Below are positions 56,109-60,482 of a DNA stretch of 60,482 nt, piece after piece. The position numbers were made by a program, and so were the translations under genes. Positions within the stretch are counted from its first letter, which is position 1. Every line of letters begins with the position of its first letter. The DNA lies in the IMG/VR virus record IMGVR_UViG_3300042401_001867, positions 1 to 60,482 of that record; one strand, written 5' to 3'. The stretch is from a virus. Its lineage: Duplodnaviria; Caudoviricetes. Below the pieces are notes generated by a model. It had not been told where the DNA came from, searched no databases, and saw nothing but the letters and a program-made list of their open reading frames with translations.

Positions 56109-56309
56109 TTACTCAAGACCTAATAGGAAGCCAAAAAACCCACACGTTATGCCTGCCACTATAAATCCGGCGGGTAGAAATATCATTGCCGAACCAACAC
56201 TGGTAAACAGTATAAATGAAACCATGAACAAATTGGCGAATGTAGGCCGTTTAAATAAAGATTTGATTCTCGGTGATAAACTTTTGACTCTTGGTGGTGT
56301 TTTTGACAT
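56109..56309 (-). CDS. small membrane protein upstream of portal
   Basis: Two hydrophobic segments, IFLPAGFIVAG; leaderless start after TACTGT. Confidence 0.7.
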   Translation of the reverse strand: MSKTPPRVKSLSPRIKSLFKRPTFANLFMVSFILFTSVGSAMIFLPAGFIVAGITCGFFGFLLGLE

Positions 56310-56362
56310 ATCACCTACAGTAGCGCATTTCGTGCTTAACTGTATTGAGAGGCGAATAAAAT

Positions 56363-57670
56363 ATGACAACAAATTGGAATCAGGTACTCGAGTTCCTTCA
56401 ACCGAAGATGCCTCCGTTTTGCCCAGAGGAACCGTCAATAAATCAGAAAGTTTTTCTGCGCACCAATTCTATTGAGGCATTGTTCGGTGGAGCGGCCGGT
56501 GGTGGCAAGTCTTCCGCCCTTCTGATGTCCGCCTTGCAGTACGTTGACGTACCAAATTACTCTGCAATTCTTTTCCGTCGCACGTTTGCCGACCTTTCGC
56601 TTCCTGGAGCGCTTATGGACCGTTTTAAGTCGTGGGCGGCTCTTTATGACGATATTCATTGGAACAACAACAGTTTTCAAGCGACATTCCCTTCTGGGGC
56701 AAGAGTCTCATTCGGCTACCTAAACAACACTGGTGACTACCTTCGTTATAAGGGTTCAGAGTTTCAGTTCATAGGCATGGACGAGGTCACCGAAATTAGG
56801 GAATCAGACTATAGATACATGTTCTCCCGTCTCCGCCGACCCGCGTCTGGGCCCCTTGCGTCCGTCCCCCTTCGAATGAGGGCGGCCTCAAACCCTGCCC
56901 CCAATTGGGTTAGACAGCGCTTCATCATTGAAGGAAAAACCGAAGGTCGGATTTTTGTTCCCTCCAAGCTGACAGACAACCCTGGAATTGACGCTGTTTC
57001 GTACCGCCAAGCCCTACAGGCCCTTGACCCCATTGAACGACGCAGACTGGAAGAAGGAGACTGGTGGAGCACTACTCTGGGTACCCTTTTCGACAGAACC
57101 TCTATGGTCATCATGGATACGGACGAAATACCCCAAATAACATCATCGGCTAGAGCGGTAAGGTTTTGGGACCTTGCAGCGACCGAGCCAAACCATTCCA
57201 ACCCTAATCCTGACTGGACCGTTGGAACCCTTATGTTATTTGACCAAGGAATCGCCTATATTTTAGACGTGAAGAAGGCACGGGTCAGGGGCGAGAAGGT
57301 GGAAGAACTCATCTCCAGAACAGCCTACGAGGATGGCAAAGGGGTCCCAATCAGGATGGAGCAGGAACCAGGCTCATCTGGCAAGGCGCTAATGGACCAA
57401 TATGCCAGATATGTTCTCCCAGGCTACGATTTTGCGGCAATTCGCTCAACTGGTGACAAGGTGACGAGAGCTAGACCGTTTGCTGCGGCTACCGCAAATG
57501 GCAATGTTCGCGTTGTCCGTGGAACCTGGCTGTCTGATTGGTTGGACGAGTTCTCCTCATTTCCGGAAGCCTGCGACCACGACGACCAGGTTGACTCTGC
57601 TGTTGGAGCTTTTACACATTTAACTGGTTTGGGGTTGCCTCAGCGCGGAAGAGTGTCTATAGTAGTTTGA
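56363..57670 (+). CDS. terL: terminase large subunit
   Basis: GGAAGGGKS Walker A, FIGMDE Walker B, ASNP, DNP, WDLAA, HDDQVDS nuclease motif. Confidence 0.93.
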   Translation: MTTNWNQVLEFLQPKMPPFCPEEPSINQKVFLRTNSIEALFGGAAGGGKSSALLMSALQYVDVPNYSAILFRRTFADLSLPGALMDRFKSWAALYDDIHWNNNSFQATFPSGARVSFGYLNNTGDYLRYKGSEFQFIGMDEVTEIRESDYRYMFSRLRRPASGPLASVPLRMRAASNPAPNWVRQRFIIEGKTEGRIFVPSKLTDNPGIDAVSYRQALQALDPIERRRLEEGDWWSTTLGTLFDRTSMVIMDTDEIPQITSSARAVRFWDLAATEPNHSNPNPDWTVGTLMLFDQGIAYILDVKKARVRGEKVEELISRTAYEDGKGVPIRMEQEPGSSGKALMDQYARYVLPGYDFAAIRSTGDKVTRARPFAAATANGNVRVVRGTWLSDWLDEFSSFPEACDHDDQVDSAVGAFTHLTGLGLPQRGRVSIVV

Positions 57671-57704
57671 GTAACTATTAACAACCTACATAAGGACTAC
57701 TAAT

Positions 57705-58208
57705 ATGACACCAGAAAGAATTGCTGATATTCGTCAATATATTCTCGACCTTGAGCGAGAACTTGATGACTATATAAAATCACAACCAGACGTAGAAGAT
57801 GCCTGTGGCATTTTGTATGAGATGAACATGATTAAAAGGGACATGTCATCTGTCTACGATTCCCTGTCTGTATCCGTCGGTCAGCTCATCGCTGACGGCA
57901 AAAATGTGCAACTCAAAAACGGTGGAGTTGTCGAGAAAAAAAGCTCCTATGAGCGCCGAGCATGGCAACACAAGGACCTTGCAAGCGTTGTTGCGCAGAA
58001 GCTTGTGAGAATGTCTGTGGACATGGATACTGGTGAAATCATCAAGTCCCCCGAAGAGATTGCAATGCAGGTTCTTGATTACGTTCAACCTTCATACTGG
58101 AGAGTAAAAGAACTTTCAAGCCTTGGAATCAATGTTGATAACTACTGTGAAACTGGTGTTCTGAAAACAAGCATTATCGTCAGAAAGGGCGACGCAAATG
58201 ACAAATAA
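57705..58208 (+). CDS. hypothetical protein
   Basis: 167-aa ORF with AAGGA RBS. Confidence 0.75.
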   Translation: MTPERIADIRQYILDLERELDDYIKSQPDVEDACGILYEMNMIKRDMSSVYDSLSVSVGQLIADGKNVQLKNGGVVEKKSSYERRAWQHKDLASVVAQKLVRMSVDMDTGEIIKSPEEIAMQVLDYVQPSYWRVKELSSLGINVDNYCETGVLKTSIIVRKGDANDK

Positions 58209-58857
58209 TACATATCAAAACCTATCCGAGCCATTTCCATCAGAGATGGAGCGCCGACTCAACAAGGGCGGAGCAAACCTAATTTACATTCCTGTAAGTG
58301 AAGTAATCAACCGAATGAACAAAGTTCTCGGAGTTGAGAACTGGTCTTTCACTGTTAGCAACTGGCAACAGCTCGGAACGTCAATTGTCGCTCATGTCGC
58401 ATTGAAAGTAAACATAGATGGCGAGACGGTTTACCGTGATGGAGTTGGTGGACAAAAAATCAAAATTAACAAGCAGGGCGAGCCAGTCGATATCGGAGAC
58501 GAAGTTAAGGGTGCTGTTTCTGATGCGTTAAAAAAAGCTGCGCAAACATTAGGCGTTGGTTTGTATCTTGCTCGCAGTGAAGAAGCAATCGAAATTGAAC
58601 AAGTAATGGAAAGCGAAGCGGAAGCAGAGGCACGAGTGACACCTGAAGTTTCAAGCAAGTGGGACAATTTTGTTGGTCTCGCAAAAGCCCTCTCTGCAGA
58701 AAACAGAGAAAAGCTCAACGAGTACTGGTCCACATACAGCAACGGTCAGCCGAAGCCAAAGAGAGAGACCGCAACAGAAGACGCCCTTGATAAGTTGATA
58801 GCGGAAGCAACACGTCTTTCCTTCGGTGGAGAATACGTGGTCGCAGATGACAAGTGA
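58198..58857 (+). CDS. Rad52/Rad22-family (Sak-like) single-strand annealing protein
   Basis: LSEPF, YI....VINRMNKVLG..NW, DGVG, KGAVSDALKKAA..LGVGLYL. Confidence 0.88.
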   Translation: MTNNTYQNLSEPFPSEMERRLNKGGANLIYIPVSEVINRMNKVLGVENWSFTVSNWQQLGTSIVAHVALKVNIDGETVYRDGVGGQKIKINKQGEPVDIGDEVKGAVSDALKKAAQTLGVGLYLARSEEAIEIEQVMESEAEAEARVTPEVSSKWDNFVGLAKALSAENREKLNEYWSTYSNGQPKPKRETATEDALDKLIAEATRLSFGGEYVVADDK

Positions 58858-59653
58858 GCTTAAGGCTCCCGACTATTTGTCGCCATCTTCTATAGGCACA
58901 TTTAAGCAGTGTCCACAGAAATTCAAGTTCAATAAAATTGACCTGATACCAGACCCATCAAACCATTGGGCTGTTTTGGGTAATTTTGTTCATGACATTC
59001 TTGAGGAGATGTACAAACTTCCTGCAGAACTAAGAACAATTGAAAGCTGTCGACCAATAGCAAAACAAATATGGGACGAAAAATGGGAAGACGAAGCGCT
59101 AAAGGTTGTTGATGGTTTTAAGGTGACGTACAAAATACGAAACCTTAGTGACTCCGAGGCGTTAAGCAAGTTCCGTTGGGCTGCTTGGTTTTGTGTTGAG
59201 AATTTGTGGAATTTAGAAGACCCAAAAAGTTTTGAACCAGCAGGGCTTGAGTATGAGCTAAATGGCGAAATCGCCGGAGTAAGACTACGTGGATTTATAG
59301 ACAGGTACAGCCAGACAAGTGGAAAAATGTCGCTCACTGTAAGCGACTACAAAACTGGCAAAACACCAAAGTACGACCTTGACGAGAAGTTTGCTCAGTT
59401 GCTTATATATGCAAAACTACTAATCAACCTCGGTGTTGGGGATGTGGACACGGTCGAACTCCTATATCTCAAGGAGGGAGTAAAACTCAAGAGAGAAGTA
59501 ACTCATTCCGAGATAGTAAAACTTGAACAGATGATTGTGGAAACAAAATCACAAATAGATGAGAAATGCAGGACAGGATACTTCGAAGCAAAAACATCTT
59601 TTTTATGCAATTTCTGTAGCTATAAAACAATATGTCCGGCGTGGAGAGAATAA
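58847..59653 (+). CDS. RecB-family PD-(D/E)xK exonuclease (Cas4-like Cys pattern)
   Basis: LSPSS...CP, GNFVH..LE, RGFIDR, DYKTG, QLLIYA, CNFCSYKTICP. Confidence 0.9.
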   Translation: MTSELKAPDYLSPSSIGTFKQCPQKFKFNKIDLIPDPSNHWAVLGNFVHDILEEMYKLPAELRTIESCRPIAKQIWDEKWEDEALKVVDGFKVTYKIRNLSDSEALSKFRWAAWFCVENLWNLEDPKSFEPAGLEYELNGEIAGVRLRGFIDRYSQTSGKMSLTVSDYKTGKTPKYDLDEKFAQLLIYAKLLINLGVGDVDTVELLYLKEGVKLKREVTHSEIVKLEQMIVETKSQIDEKCRTGYFEAKTSFLCNFCSYKTICPAWRE

Positions 59654-60162
59654 TGCTTTTGAATGATGACGCTTTTGCGCGAATGGTGGCCGAGGAAGTA
59701 AAGAATAAACTTTCACCGTTGCACAAGAAACAACTAATGCTGAAAGAGAACTGGGAAAGATGGAGAGACGCTTTACTGTTTCTTTCCGAGAATCTCCAAG
59801 AGCAAATTGACGAAATAGAGTACGACTCCAATGCTGACGAGGCTAGATACTTGGCTCTCGGCAGGGATGGCAAACGCCTTGTCCAGGAATCAAAAAGTGC
59901 TTACGATTCAAAACTAAAAAAGATAAGTCGTTTCAAGTTTCACGTTGACAAGCGGCTTGACGAAGTTGCTGCCATGATTGATACTGGAGACGAAATCACC
60001 CTAGATGGATGGGAGCAGGTTGATTTCTATAAGAGAGCAATTGCTACTCATCGCTCAATGCTTAGGGATTTTGACCTTGAAGAAACATCTATCGATAGAG
60101 CGCTATGGGCAACACTTGAGGGTAGTTGGGATTTCGACGAAATTGATGTTGATAGTCTCTAG
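59653..60162 (+). CDS. hypothetical protein
   Basis: TAATG coupling to the exonuclease gene. Confidence 0.75.
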   Translation: MLLNDDAFARMVAEEVKNKLSPLHKKQLMLKENWERWRDALLFLSENLQEQIDEIEYDSNADEARYLALGRDGKRLVQESKSAYDSKLKKISRFKFHVDKRLDEVAAMIDTGDEITLDGWEQVDFYKRAIATHRSMLRDFDLEETSIDRALWATLEGSWDFDEIDVDSL

Positions 60163-60165
60163 TAA

Positions 60166-60482
60166 GTGAAGCCACGAAAGCCGATAAAAAGAGGGGCACC
60201 ACCCAAGCGAGGCGCACCCCCCAAGCGAGGTGGCCCCATAAATAAAAGAAGCAAAAAACAATCCGACCTGTATGAACTAAGACGACCCTTTGTTGAAAAG
60301 ATTCTTAGCGAACGACCATTTTGTCAAGCTTGCAAGATTTTCGCTGAGCATGACAAGAAGGTAACTTTTATTCAAAACAATAGCGTTGATGTTCATGAGT
60401 TGGTTCGCCGTTCGCAGGGTGGCTCAATACTCGAGTCAGACAATGTTCTTGCAGTTTGTAGGCCATGTCACACCAGGATTGG
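60166..60482 (+). CDS. HNH endonuclease (3' truncated by window edge)
   Basis: Translated by eye: basic KRGAPP repeats, CQAC...DVHELVRRSQGG...DNVLAVCRPCH. Confidence 0.8.
   Translation, partial: MKPRKPIKRGAPPKRGAPPKRGGPINKRSKKQSDLYELRRPFVEKILSERPFCQACKIFAEHDKKVTFIQNNSVDVHELVRRSQGGSILESDNVLAVCRPCHTRI

Noticed and set aside
58847-59653. Cas4-like nuclease as evidence of a CRISPR-Cas system
   Set aside because: No repeat-spacer array or other cas genes seen; its position beside a Rad52-like gene fits a phage recombination exonuclease.

Overview
A 60 kb segment of a large tailed dsDNA phage genome. The host is probably an actinobacterium (WhiB, actinobacterial-type SSB and ferredoxin, many leaderless TAnnnT promoters). 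From left to right it contains: (i) a ~6.9 kb block of likely early genes (HARP/SNF2 helicase, DUF932 protein, small ORFs); (ii) small accessory genes, SSB, primase-helicase, WhiB, class II RNR, two HNH endonucleases, ThyX, five canonical tRNAs, two atypical tRNA-like RNAs, 2OG-Fe(II) oxygenases and a ferredoxin; (iii) a minus-strand head operon (portal, a 3316-aa prohead-protease fusion, an acidic scaffold-like protein, a ~2900-aa multi-domain protein, accessory proteins, HK97-fold major capsid protein); (iv) a divergently transcribed terminase large subunit with Rad52-like and RecB-family recombination genes. I saw no tail genes, integrase or CRISPR array. Two signals stand out. First, the two giant head-region proteins are cut into cargo modules (ArdC, WYL, HTH, GNAT and others) by about 24 copies of an [LFM]SSG linker, with a T6A11 slippery site placed just before the array; this is a candidate capsid-delivered polyprotein system. 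Second, the first 6.9 kb lacks GGCC and TGCA and carries 10 copies of AGCCCCG, and the few surviving TCGA and CCGG sites sit almost only beside that motif. All family assignments come from motif recognition by eye and all counts are manual; no database searches were run.
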